Below, piece by piece: positions 18,919 to 27,747 of a DNA stretch of 64,000 bases. Origin of the DNA: a virus; the IMG/VR virus record IMGVR_UViG_3300010343_000004, one strand, 5' to 3'. Positions within the stretch are counted from its first letter, which is position 1. Each line of letters starts with the position of its first letter. The notes under the pieces were generated by a model. The model was not told where the DNA came from and did no database searches. It saw only the letters and a program-made list of their open reading frames with translations. Position numbers and translations under genes: made by a program.

Positions 18919-19649
18919 CGGTTGAGCGCCTGGAGGGCGGTGGGTCCGAGGATGACGCGACCATGGTGCGAGAACTCGTCGACGAACCGATGCGTGGCCT
19001 CCTTGTCGTCCGAGACGAGGACGACGCCGGAGGCGTGCGGCGGCTGGTCACCGATCTCGCCGCCCGGCTTTCTGTACTTCAGGCGCGTCCTCGGGACGCA
19101 GATCGCGAAGTCGAGCGGGATGGGGAGCGTCCCCGAGTCGCCGTTCTCCCCCACGGTCGGCGTGTCCGTCTGCGTATTCTGCAGAAGCTCCACGGAGAAC
19201 ATGACGAAGACGGCCGCCGAGGTCCGGCCTGCCCACCACTCCCTCGCGAGCTTGAACCACCACTTCTTTTGGTTGCTCTCCGTACCCTCGTGCTTGTGCG
19301 CCGGGTTCTTCTTGTCGCCACCAGGGAGACCACAGCTGCCGGTGAGCCAGCACTTGGGTTTGACGACGCGCTCGAGGTTGTCGGACAGCCCACCCGGCGG
19401 GTTCAAGAGGATGCGCCCCACCCACTCGCGGCGGTAGCCGTTGTCTTCCCGCGCGAAGTACCTCTCCGCTTTGACGACCCTGTTGGCTTCTTCGCAGCTC
19501 GCCGGATCGAGCTCGATGGTTCCGAGCGTGAGGCGTGCGCTTTCGATAATGTCTTCGGGCGTGTAGTGCTCGCCCGTCTCGGAAGAGTGGCGCGAGGTCA
19601 TCGCGCTCGGTAGCCCCACGGGAAGTGTCTTTGCAGCCACTGTGTTCAT
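18915..19649 (-). CDS. phage-type DNA N6-adenine methyltransferase
   Basis: EHYTPEDII, IELDPASCEEAN, W.GRILLNPPGG. Confidence 0.8.
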   Translation of the reverse strand: MNTVAAKTLPVGLPSAMTSRHSSETGEHYTPEDIIESARLTLGTIELDPASCEEANRVVKAERYFAREDNGYRREWVGRILLNPPGGLSDNLERVVKPKCWLTGSCGLPGGDKKNPAHKHEGTESNQKKWWFKLAREWWAGRTSAAVFVMFSVELLQNTQTDTPTVGENGDSGTLPIPLDFAICVPRTRLKYRKPGGEIGDQPPHASGVVLVSDDKEATHRFVDEFSHHGRVILGPTALQALNR

Positions 19650-20212
19650 ACGAGCTCGACCTCCATCCGCGCGAGCGCCGCACACGCGAGCGCGGTCTCG
19701 CCGAGCGGGGTGACGAAGTAGAATTGCCCTCTGCTTGCACGTTGCAGCGGATGCTCGAGGGTGACGACGCTCGCGAGCCCGGCCGCGACCATCTGGTCGA
19801 GGAGCTGTTCTTCTTGCTCTGAGAGGCACTCCTCCCAGTTTGGTGGAGTCTTCTGCTCGGCGAGAATTCTCTCGCGCATGCGGGACAGGCATCTCATGGG
19901 GCGCTCGCGACCTCGAGCCCGCGCTCGTCGAGAAAGAGGACGCGCGCCGCCCTCGCACGTACGGCGATGGCCTGGGCGGGGCTGATGAAGGTCCCCTCGC
20001 TGAGGGCACCATTCGCATCTTTTTTCGACGCGGTAGCTGACACCTGCCGCGCGCACCAGGACGACGTCCGCGATGCGCATCTTCTCCTCGGTGGAGAGGG
20101 CTTGCCACTCGTGCGCGCACTTCGGGCAGGCGCGGCTCGTGGCGTCCACGCCCTCGGGCGGGAGCCATGGGTTGCGACACGAGACGCAGAGCGGGCGAGG
20201 ATCGATGCTCAT
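19646..20212 (-). CDS. hypothetical protein (may be two genes; second start at 19897)
   Basis: N-terminal CVSC...CPKC; C-terminal wHTH-like YFVTPLG. Confidence 0.5.
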   Translation of the reverse strand: MSIDPRPLCVSCRNPWLPPEGVDATSRACPKCAHEWQALSTEEKMRIADVVLVRAAGVSYRVEKRCEWCPQRGDLHQPRPGHRRTCEGGARPLSRRARARGRERPMRCLSRMRERILAEQKTPPNWEECLSEQEEQLLDQMVAAGLASVVTLEHPLQRASRGQFYFVTPLGETALACAALARMEVELV

Positions 20213-20218
20213 GGGGCC

Positions 20219-20503
20219 TCAGAACGTGCGAGCGACGACGCGGTCCACCGCGTCGAGGATGACGATGCGCCGGCGGCCGCGAAGGAGCGCGACACCGATC
20301 GGCGAAAGCTCTACGCCGGTCTCGCCGTACCTGTCCTTGACGACCTGGAAGGAGAAGAGACCGTGGCGCACGAGCACTGCGTCGGCCACATGAGCGATGG
20401 CGCGACTCGCGGGCGGGGAGATGTCTTCGCCGCCCCCGGACATGGCCGTGAGGGCAGCGCCGAACCTGCGGAGAGCGCTCTTCGCGTGGGTGAGCGCCTG
20501 CAT
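20219..20503 (-). CDS. hypothetical protein
   Basis: Coupled start MQALTH. Confidence 0.55.
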   Translation of the reverse strand: MQALTHAKSALRRFGAALTAMSGGGEDISPPASRAIAHVADAVLVRHGLFSFQVVKDRYGETGVELSPIGVALLRGRRRIVILDAVDRVVARTF

Positions 20504-20796
20504 CACGTCATGCTCTCTCTGCCTCTTGCGGGCAGTACGATGCGGTCTGGCTGGATGACACCGCGGCAGCACTTGTAGAGGTGCTCGATGGCGCCAGCGA
20601 TCTGCAGGCGCCGGGGCTCGTCGAGTGGTGTCGTATGGCTGACGTCGATCGCCATCAAGAGCAGACACTCTCCGTCTGTGTCGACGAGGCCGACCGCCGT
20701 CCCGAGGTGGGGCTTGGTCGGGTCGGTGACGAAGTCGATGTGGAGCTGGCCGTCCGCTTCGCGGGACGCCATGCGCGGGGGAAAGTTTTTGCTCAT
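20503..20796 (-). CDS. hypothetical protein
   Basis: Coupled ends. Confidence 0.55.
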   Translation of the reverse strand: MSKNFPPRMASREADGQLHIDFVTDPTKPHLGTAVGLVDTDGECLLLMAIDVSHTTPLDEPRRLQIAGAIEHLYKCCRGVIQPDRIVLPARGRESMT

Positions 20797-21236
20797 GACT
20801 TGCCGCCGTGGTGGCGAACGAAAAAAGCCTGCGCCTCCTCGTGGGTCGGGAAGTGGAAGTCGGCGAGCTCACCGAAGATGCATCGGGAGACGTCGCCGCT
20901 GACGACGAGAGTCTTGCCCGCGTGCATGGCGGCCCCGAGCTCGACCCACGCGCCGATGGACGAACCATGGGGTGCGACCAGCCAGAAGAAGCGCGCTTCG
21001 AGGACGCCGTTCAAGTCGTCCCACGCGAGCGTCTTCCGATAAGAAGACGGGTAGTCCTTGTCGCTCTTCTGCTCGGCGCGAGCCTTGCGGACCTGCTGCG
21101 TCCAGTCATGCGTGACGTGGAGACCCGCGGCTTTGAGCGCCTCGACGTGTTTCGAGACGATCTCCCACTCGGAACTCGAGCCCGCGACGTAGACCGTCTT
21201 TCTCCCCAGCCTGTCGCCGTAGAGTTGCGTGAGCAT
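20793..21236 (-). CDS. nucleoside 2-deoxyribosyltransferase-like protein
   Basis: VYVAGSS, VTHDW, DLNGV, SIGAWVELGAA, KTLVVSG. Confidence 0.7.
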   Translation of the reverse strand: MLTQLYGDRLGRKTVYVAGSSSEWEIVSKHVEALKAAGLHVTHDWTQQVRKARAEQKSDKDYPSSYRKTLAWDDLNGVLEARFFWLVAPHGSSIGAWVELGAAMHAGKTLVVSGDVSRCIFGELADFHFPTHEEAQAFFVRHHGGKS

Positions 21237-21238
21237 GG

Positions 21239-21562
21239 CTAGGTGGTCTCCGGCGTGCAGAGCGCGCGGACGAGGTCGACCTTGTCGCCGACCTTGAACG
21301 TGCCGAAGAGGCGCGGGTCGACGAGCGCGATCGTGAATTCGCCCTCCCTCGGCTCGGCGACGAACGCCGGACCCGCCTGAAGGATCCCATGCATGTAGCC
21401 CGGATATTGCGGGATGTACCGGAAGTCTTTCTTCTCCTGGTCGGAAGCCTCCGCCATGATGAACGTGACTTCCTCGGTCTCCATCCGGTAATCGAGCTCA
21501 GACACTTTAGAAACTTGCCTTCGCACGACCATCCTGACCTCGAGCATCACTTTCCCCTTCAT
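21239..21562 (-). CDS. beta-rich hypothetical protein
   Basis: Coupled start MKGKVM. Confidence 0.6.
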   Translation of the reverse strand: MKGKVMLEVRMVVRRQVSKVSELDYRMETEEVTFIMAEASDQEKKDFRYIPQYPGYMHGILQAGPAFVAEPREGEFTIALVDPRLFGTFKVGDKVDLVRALCTPETT

Positions 21563-21876
21563 TGAGTTCTCCCTGCAGCCTCGCTGCGCGTATCCGCTCC
21601 TGTCAGTACCGCGTGGATCTTCTTGAGGAGCTCGCGCCCTTCGTCGGGCTTGCCGTCGCGCGAGAAGACGAGCATCACGGCCTGAGCAAACTTGTCGGCC
21701 GCGTCGCGCATCACGGCGCCGTTCTCGTCGAGCAGGACCTTTGCTAGCGCGTCGACTGTGCCCTGTTCGGTCGCTCCCCGCGGCAAGCTCTCGAAGAAGG
21801 TGCGGGCCTTCTTCCTCGCGTCGGCCACGGCCTCGTCGGCGGTCATCATCATCTTCGAAGGTGCTTGGCTGCTCAT
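21559..21876 (-). CDS. helical hypothetical protein
   Basis: Coupled ends. Confidence 0.6.
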   Translation of the reverse strand: MSSQAPSKMMMTADEAVADARKKARTFFESLPRGATEQGTVDALAKVLLDENGAVMRDAADKFAQAVMLVFSRDGKPDEGRELLKKIHAVLTGADTRSEAAGRTQ

Positions 21877-22256
21877 GTCCTGTATTCCTTGTGCGTGGGG
21901 CGCAGGTGTCTACGCCCGCCCTCCGTGCGCTCTGCACGCAGAAACCCGCTTCCCTCGAGCCAGTAGACGTGGCCCTGTGCGAGGAAACCCTCTCTACCGA
22001 GGTGGACTTCGATCTCGACAAGCGTCGGCCCTTGGCCCGTCGCGATCGTGATCCGGCGTATGTACTCCATGATCTGGGCGCGTAGGCCCATGAGCCGCGG
22101 CTCCTCCAAGAGAGAACGCTCTACGTACGGAATGATGGCGCGCGGGGCTTCTCTCTCATGAACCTCTTCACCTCTCGGCGGAACCTTCGCGCCCGCGCCG
22201 GCCGAGCCCGGCGTCGGTGGTAAGTGCGGGAAGTGGCCGGCGATGATTCCGCTCAT
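21873..22256 (-). CDS. LexA-type winged-helix DNA-binding protein (no peptidase domain)
   Basis: QIMEYIRRITIATGQGPTLVEIEVHLG...LEGSGFLRA. Confidence 0.65.
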   Translation of the reverse strand: MSGIIAGHFPHLPPTPGSAGAGAKVPPRGEEVHEREAPRAIIPYVERSLLEEPRLMGLRAQIMEYIRRITIATGQGPTLVEIEVHLGREGFLAQGHVYWLEGSGFLRAERTEGGRRHLRPTHKEYRT

Positions 22257-22468
22257 GGCGTCCCCACGTACGGTTTGCCACAGCCGGAGCAGAAGGCGCC
22301 GTCGCCGGCAATTCTCACGCGCTTGCAACCCCTGCAGAGAACGTCGACCGTGACCTTCTCCGGTGCGGCCGGTCGGCCCTCGAGAGCGCCGTCGATCTTG
22401 TTGAGCGCCTCTTTCACGCCCGCTTGGGCGGCCTTCAGGCCAACATCGTGCAAGATCTTCCGCCACAT
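22253..22468 (-). CDS. small zinc-ribbon protein
   Basis: CRGC...FCSGCG. Confidence 0.6.
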   Translation of the reverse strand: MWRKILHDVGLKAAQAGVKEALNKIDGALEGRPAAPEKVTVDVLCRGCKRVRIAGDGAFCSGCGKPYVGTP

Positions 22469-22512
22469 TCGCGCCGATCCTCCGTCTGCCGAACTCGGGT
22501 CAGGTCAAGTCA

Positions 22513-22842
22513 CTACTTCCTTCGGTATCTCTCGTACCTCAGCTGCCGCGCCCTCGCGGCGCGCGTCCTCACGGGGTTTCTAACGCGCCACTCGTCCTGC
22601 TTGCCGTGCCAGAAGTCCCACGCCGCCCCGAGGTCCTTCGCGCCCCACCCAGTCGGGGTTCTACGTACGCCGAAGCCAGGGCCGTAGCCGAAGAGCTCGT
22701 TTTTCTCGAGGTGCAGGGCGTAGTCCCCGCACCCAGACCAGTTGACGACGATGATGGGCCTCGACTCGAGGGTTGACATGACGCGAACCACCCTCTCCTC
22801 GCCCGTCACCTTGTGGACGATGACGATGGTGGCTCCGTCCAC
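22513..22842 (-). CDS. hypothetical protein
   Basis: Coupled start. Confidence 0.55.
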   Translation of the reverse strand: MDGATIVIVHKVTGEERVVRVMSTLESRPIIVVNWSGCGDYALHLEKNELFGYGPGFGVRRTPTGWGAKDLGAAWDFWHGKQDEWRVRNPVRTRAARARQLRYERYRRK

Positions 22843-23099
22843 TAGGCAACCTCCGGATCTTGCCGCTCTCCCTTTCTCTGCGCGGCCCGCGCGGTGCCGC
22901 CCAGGTGGCCAAGACGGCTCATGTGCTCTTTGTTTCGGCTCGTCGCCTCGCCGCCCTTCTTGCCAGCGATGCGCGCTTCCTCGCTCGTGAAGGCGTGGCC
23001 TTTGCCCTTCGCGTGGACAGCTTTGCCTCCCTTGCTAGCGAGTTCGCGATGCTTCTCGGGGTCCAGCAAAGCGAACCCTCTCGCAACTTTCTCGGCCAT
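22842..23099 (-). CDS. KGG-repeat stress-protein-like (YciG/GsiB/con-10 type)
   Basis: RGFA..DPEKHRELASKGGKA; EEARIAGKKGGE. Confidence 0.85.
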   Translation of the reverse strand: MAEKVARGFALLDPEKHRELASKGGKAVHAKGKGHAFTSEEARIAGKKGGEATSRNKEHMSRLGHLGGTARAAQRKGERQDPEVA

Positions 23100-23113
23100 G
23101 GGTGAAGTTTCCT

Positions 23114-23362
23114 CTACGCCGCACGTGTCTCGCGGCTCCGGAGGAGTGACGCGAGTTCGTGCATCAGGTGCTCGATCATCTTGTCGAAACGCTTCTGCGT
23201 GCCGGCATCGATGTCGAGATCGATGAGCAGGGCGCTTCGCAGACGCGACAGCGACTGGATCTCCCTGCGGAGGGCGCCCGGGTCGCGGACCTGCACGGGT
23301 CGTCCGCTCCTTGGGGCGGGCCCGCCCAGTCTTTTCCTACTGACCGTCTTGCTCGTGTTCAT
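23114..23362 (-). CDS. hypothetical protein
   Basis: Start MNTSKT with GGAG RBS. Confidence 0.55.
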   Translation of the reverse strand: MNTSKTVSRKRLGGPAPRSGRPVQVRDPGALRREIQSLSRLRSALLIDLDIDAGTQKRFDKMIEHLMHELASLLRSRETRAA

Positions 23363-23406
23363 GCTCCGTACCCATCGAGAGGCCGTGGGGGGGGACTCGT
23401 GAAGAG

Positions 23407-23434
23407 GGGCGCCCCGCACCAGCGCGGGGCGCCC
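23407..23434 (-). terminator. GC-rich hairpin, candidate terminator
   Basis: 11-bp stem GGGCGCCCCGC/GCGGGGCGCCC, 6-nt loop, intergenic. Confidence 0.5.
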
Positions 23435-23459
23435 TCCTTGCCTCGTCGCTACCGGGGCC

Positions 23460-24053
23460 TCAGGAGGCCGGTGACGCCGCGGGGGCCTGTTGAGTGAACA
23501 TCTTGTCTTCGAGGGCTTTGGTCGCACCCTTGGCGGCGAGGGCAGCCCGGTGCTTCTCTGCGCGGAGGCCAGCGAGCTGCGCCTTCTGCGTGGGGCTGCA
23601 CTTGACCTTCCACGTCCACATCGTGTTGCCCGACTTGAGCTTGATCTTGTCGGTGACCATGATGCCGATGTTGCCGAGACCCATGTACTCGTCGAGGGGG
23701 AGCGAGAAGTACGCGCTCACGCTGAAGCGCTCTCCCGCCATGACCTTGACCTCCTCCTGGTTGTCCACCTCACCGCGGTGGCAGACCACTTCGTGCGCCG
23801 CGATGAAGGTGTAGCGGACGAACTCGGGGTTGCGCGCGTCGACGTCGACGACCGACGCGACGAACGCCCTATTCATATCGGGAGTCCAATATGGAGGGAA
23901 TGTGGAGCCTGCTGCGGTGTCTTCCTCGGTGAGCCCCGCGAGGAGCTCCGCGGGGATATTGCCCATCGCGTCGCCCCACGGGTCGGGGCCGCCCGCGGCA
24001 GCGTGCGTTGTCTCGGTGGGGCCGTCGTTGTGCTTCTTGTCGTTCTTTGCCAT
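23460..24053 (-). CDS. putative ssDNA-binding protein
   Basis: Beta-rich core aligns with 14127-14537 (RAF.ASV, AAH..VC, EEVKV.AGERF, LPL..Y.GLGN.GI, SP.QKA.LA). Confidence 0.55.
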   Translation of the reverse strand: MAKNDKKHNDGPTETTHAAAGGPDPWGDAMGNIPAELLAGLTEEDTAAGSTFPPYWTPDMNRAFVASVVDVDARNPEFVRYTFIAAHEVVCHRGEVDNQEEVKVMAGERFSVSAYFSLPLDEYMGLGNIGIMVTDKIKLKSGNTMWTWKVKCSPTQKAQLAGLRAEKHRAALAAKGATKALEDKMFTQQAPAASPAS

Positions 24054-24182
24054 GTGCCTTTTCCTCTTTTCCTTCTTTTCCGTTGTTGCCACGTCCGTGT
24101 GGACGAGTCTGCGAATCCCCTAGCCCTTCTGGCAGGGGTTGGTGTGGACTGCTACCCGCGGGCGACTCAGCGGGCCAAGTTT

Positions 24183-25049
24183 TTATTGGGGTGGTTGTGG
24201 CGTTCCATTGGGGTACTGCGGTGGTATCGGTTCTGCAGGCGCCTCTTCCATCGGCGGTGGAGGAGGCGGCGCAGGCGGGTAAGCGATGGGCTGCCCGGCG
24301 GCCGCCGCTGCTGCTGCGCCGGCCGACCCAGGCGGATGCAGCGACGCGCGGCGCGTGTCGGCGTCCGCGAGGACCCTCCGCAGGTGCTCGGCCCCTTCCG
24401 GCGACGAGGCAAAGCGATCGATGAGCGCCGTGGCCTCCGCGAGCTTGCGCTTGTTCTCGACGCGCGCCCGCGCAACCTCTGCTTCTCCGGCGAGTTGCTG
24501 TGGACTGACCGCGGGCGCATTCGGGTGCGGCCGGTGGCGGACTTGCGGTTGTCCGGGCTGCGGTGAAGGCGGAACGAACCCTGGCTGTGGTTGAGGTTGT
24601 GGAAACTGCGCGCTCGGCTGCGGGGGGACGAACGGCGTGGAACTCGGCGGCACACGACGCGGGCGGTGCGGCGGTAGCTGCTGGGGATGCTGCGCGGCGC
24701 GCTCGGCGGCCTTCTGCACCGAGCGGGCGCGGATGCGGCGCTGGATGTAGATGACGCCCTTCACGTAGGCCGTGATGCCGTCGGCCCACGCGAGGAGTTC
24801 CTCCTCCTTCTCGGCATGGTAGACGAGGTAGAGGCTGGGAAAGGAACCCATGCCTGGTGTCATGGTACCGCCATCGCCGTGCGCCCAGAACGTGAACGAC
24901 CCACCAGGGGGCGGCGTGAGGGGGACGGCGTTCAGGCCGGCGCGGGGAGGCGGACCTCCCACGACTTGCGCCTCGCTCATTCCCGGAGGTAGCTGCGGCT
25001 CAAACGCAGCTTCTTCCCCCTGAACCTCTGGGTTCTCAGCGTCGGACAT
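24183..25049 (-). CDS. Pro/Gln-rich hypothetical protein
   Basis: Start MSDAEN; first gene of the left arm. Confidence 0.65.
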   Translation of the reverse strand: MSDAENPEVQGEEAAFEPQLPPGMSEAQVVGGPPPRAGLNAVPLTPPPGGSFTFWAHGDGGTMTPGMGSFPSLYLVYHAEKEEELLAWADGITAYVKGVIYIQRRIRARSVQKAAERAAQHPQQLPPHRPRRVPPSSTPFVPPQPSAQFPQPQPQPGFVPPSPQPGQPQVRHRPHPNAPAVSPQQLAGEAEVARARVENKRKLAEATALIDRFASSPEGAEHLRRVLADADTRRASLHPPGSAGAAAAAAAGQPIAYPPAPPPPPPMEEAPAEPIPPQYPNGTPQPPQ

Positions 25050-25263
25050 GGTGGTCCTATCTCTCCTATGCTGCCCCGAGCTATGCTCTAGCCCGCCTGG
25101 CAGCGCAATCCAGTCTCCGCCGTCGAAGCTCTGAGGCTTAGATCGGACTTTTTGAGAAGTCGAGCGAAAAACCCACGAGCCCGTCACCTCCTAGTTTCTT
25201 TCACCAACTGTCCACAAGTTGTCCGAGCTTCTGACAACTTCCCCACAACCAGGCCGAGGGTAG

Positions 25264-26124
25264 ATGGGCAACGCAGCCAAGAAGACGCTTGCAGACTTCA
25301 AGAAAACTCGGTGCGGCCGGTGCAGTGACCCGCTCATCGCTGGCGGCTGCATGTGCCGCGGGTGCGGCTACTACAACTTCGGCGTCGGCGGCGCGTACAA
25401 CAAACCCCTCATCCGCCTTGGCGACGCGATCAGCGCGGACCTGAAACGAGTAAGGACCGGCCCGTGGGATCCGGTCTTCGGCAACGGGAAGGTCGGCGGC
25501 GACGGCCTCGTCGAGACTTCGGTCGTGCTCATCGGTGCGGTCCCGGGGTGCGGCAAGTCGACGCTGGCTTTGCAGGCCTGCGACCGTGTGATCGAGGACA
25601 CCGGCAAGGAGGCGCTCTTCATCTCGAGCGAGCAGCTCGTCTCGGAGGTCAAGACCTACGCAGATCGCCTTCAGCTCAAGCACACGAAGAAGATCGTGAT
25701 GATCGACACGGTCGGCGGTTACGACGAGCTCGGCAACCTCGAGGACATCGCCAAGCACGTCATGCCGGGGATCATCATCCTCGATTCGCTCCCCGGTCTC
25801 TGCGGCGACAACCACGACGTGGCTGTCGAGATGTGCGAGGTCCTGAAAAAGGAGGTCAGCGCGAAGGTCAAGGCTCCCTCCATCGTCGTCGACCACGTGA
25901 CCAAGGCCCACGAGATGGCGGGCCTGATGGGTCTGCAGCACTCGGTCGATGTGCTTGCAATCATGGACCGCAACGACGATACGCAGGTCCGGTCGATCTA
26001 CACGCGCAAGAACCGCTTCGGCAAAGCCGGTGAGAAGATCTACCTGCAGATGGTGGAGCGCGGACTCATCCTCGCCAACCACAACCCGGACGAAGACGAC
26101 GAGGACGAGGACGAAGACGACTGA
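25264..26124 (+). CDS. radA: RadA/Sms-family ATPase lacking the Lon-like C-terminal domain
   Basis: C4 Zn finger, Walker A PGCGKST, IILDS, HVTK..EMAG...LQHSVD, KNRFG signature; acidic tail. Confidence 0.85.
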   Translation: MGNAAKKTLADFKKTRCGRCSDPLIAGGCMCRGCGYYNFGVGGAYNKPLIRLGDAISADLKRVRTGPWDPVFGNGKVGGDGLVETSVVLIGAVPGCGKSTLALQACDRVIEDTGKEALFISSEQLVSEVKTYADRLQLKHTKKIVMIDTVGGYDELGNLEDIAKHVMPGIIILDSLPGLCGDNHDVAVEMCEVLKKEVSAKVKAPSIVVDHVTKAHEMAGLMGLQHSVDVLAIMDRNDDTQVRSIYTRKNRFGKAGEKIYLQMVERGLILANHNPDEDDEDEDEDD

Positions 26125-26140
26125 GAAGGAGAGACGCGCG

Positions 26141-26815
26141 ATGGAGACGAGCCCGATCGCTGGCGGCACCGAAGGAGCTGCTCTTTCTGAGAGGAACGTG
26201 AAGAACCCTTGCTCGGTCTGCGGAGTCGAGTCGGTCGAGGGGATGCCGAACTTCTGCGCGCAGCACCGGCACGAGTACCGCTACGAGAACCTCGCGAACC
26301 CCGAAGCGAAGCACGTGCGGATCGCAGAGGAGGACGAGGTCGTCCTCGGCAAGGTCGGCAAGAAGTTCGAGCTCGTGCTCGTGATGGATGGCCTCGTCAG
26401 TGGCGAAGAAACCGTTGAGACGTTCTATCCGTACCGCGTTCTCTTGAACGTCCCTGCGCCAGGCTTCATGATCCTCCACGGCATCTACGTGGGGGGCGAG
26501 ATCGAGGGCCTGCAGAACGAGTCGGCGTCGTTCGTCGAGGAGCTCCGCAAAGTCGGCGTCGCCGTCGGCGGCAAGAACATCCTCACCAGGCAAGCAGAAG
26601 ACGCCTACAACTACTTCCTCCACGAGGTGCAGCGCCAAGAGCTCGAGTGGCACCTGCGCGGACGAAGGCGCCACAAGAGGCTCGGGATGCCGGTCATGAA
26701 ACGCGGAGACCACGTCCGCGTGACGGGCGAGATGACAGGGCTCGTGCCGCAGGGCTACGAATTCGGCACGCCGTTTCGGATCTGCGCCTATGTCGAGGGG
26801 ACCGACAGGCTTTGA
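26141..26815 (+). CDS. hypothetical protein
   Basis: AGGAG RBS; CSVC...CAQH. Confidence 0.65.
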   Translation: METSPIAGGTEGAALSERNVKNPCSVCGVESVEGMPNFCAQHRHEYRYENLANPEAKHVRIAEEDEVVLGKVGKKFELVLVMDGLVSGEETVETFYPYRVLLNVPAPGFMILHGIYVGGEIEGLQNESASFVEELRKVGVAVGGKNILTRQAEDAYNYFLHEVQRQELEWHLRGRRRHKRLGMPVMKRGDHVRVTGEMTGLVPQGYEFGTPFRICAYVEGTDRL

Positions 26816-27168
26816 GCAAGCGTAAATGCGGCGGCGTCAGCATAGGCCGGCTCGAGGAACTCGTCCGGTGCGGCCCTGCGCATCTGCCGGAAGGGGCGCC
26901 GAAGGACATCCTCGCATGGCCGAGCGGCGAACCCGTGGTCGTCATGAGGCCCCTCAGGCCCGAGGTTACCGTTCACGTAGCGTCACTCGCGTTGCAACAC
27001 CAGGACGTGAACATGCTCGCAGAGGCGCACGAGGGCAAGGGCGCGTTCATGGGCTTTCTCGCGAAGCGAGGCGGCAAGAATGTGATCGTCTTCGAGGGAG
27101 AAGAACCCATCTCACTTGAGCCCGGAGATCTTCTCACCGAGCTCGGGGCGATCTACAAGCCGGACTGA
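26812..27168 (+). CDS. hypothetical protein
   Basis: TTG start overlapping previous stop. Confidence 0.55.
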   Translation: MSKRKCGGVSIGRLEELVRCGPAHLPEGAPKDILAWPSGEPVVVMRPLRPEVTVHVASLALQHQDVNMLAEAHEGKGAFMGFLAKRGGKNVIVFEGEEPISLEPGDLLTELGAIYKPD

Positions 27169-27288
27169 GCTCGGCGCACATCCTTGGCATCCGATGAAGA
27201 GAAGGCAGCAGCGCGGCCCACGCTCGCGTCATGGTCCCGAGAGTGTAGCCCTTGGCGGCCCCCTCGCCCGGCTCTAACTTCTTGCCCC

Positions 27289-27747
27289 ATGCCGAGCGAC
27301 AGGGCCCTTGACTATGCTCTCCGCAAGTCGATCGAGGTCGAGCAGTACACGTGGATGCGCCGCATCCGCCACGAGCTCGGACGCGCGTTAGGTTCCTTCT
27401 TTCCGCGGCGGCGCGAAGAGGACGTGGAGCGGCCCGCCGCTATCGATCAGTCCAAGCTCGAGTTCCTCCATTCGCTCGACCTGGGCGACTTCGTCGACTC
27501 GATCGCTTATCCCGATGGGAGGCACTGGCTCTTCGACAGGACGGACGTGGAAGGCATGCGCGTCGTCATCGTGGGAAGACGCATCGTGGAGGTCCGTGCT
27601 GCTTTCCGCGAGCGCGGCGGCGGCTGTCAGCTTGTCTTCCGACGCCTGCCGTCCGCCCCGCCCGAGGAAACGATTCGTACGCTGCCCCTTTACACGAAGA
27701 GGGACAGGGAGCGCCTCATTCGTTTGACAGGTTCACGAAGAACGTGA
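27289..27747 (+). CDS. hypothetical protein
   Basis: Start MPSDRAL. Confidence 0.55.
   Translation: MPSDRALDYALRKSIEVEQYTWMRRIRHELGRALGSFFPRRREEDVERPAAIDQSKLEFLHSLDLGDFVDSIAYPDGRHWLFDRTDVEGMRVVIVGRRIVEVRAAFRERGGGCQLVFRRLPSAPPEETIRTLPLYTKRDRERLIRLTGSRRT

Noticed and set aside
25050-25263. tRNA or other structured RNA in the divergence gap (also checked 29355-29682 and 30440-30637)
   Set aside because: No cloverleaf, T-loop or CCA pattern found by eye.
25264-26124. RadA-like ATPase as the genome-packaging ATPase
   Set aside because: The KNRFG motif and Zn finger are Sms-specific; FtsK/A32 motifs are absent. No packaging ATPase was seen in the window.
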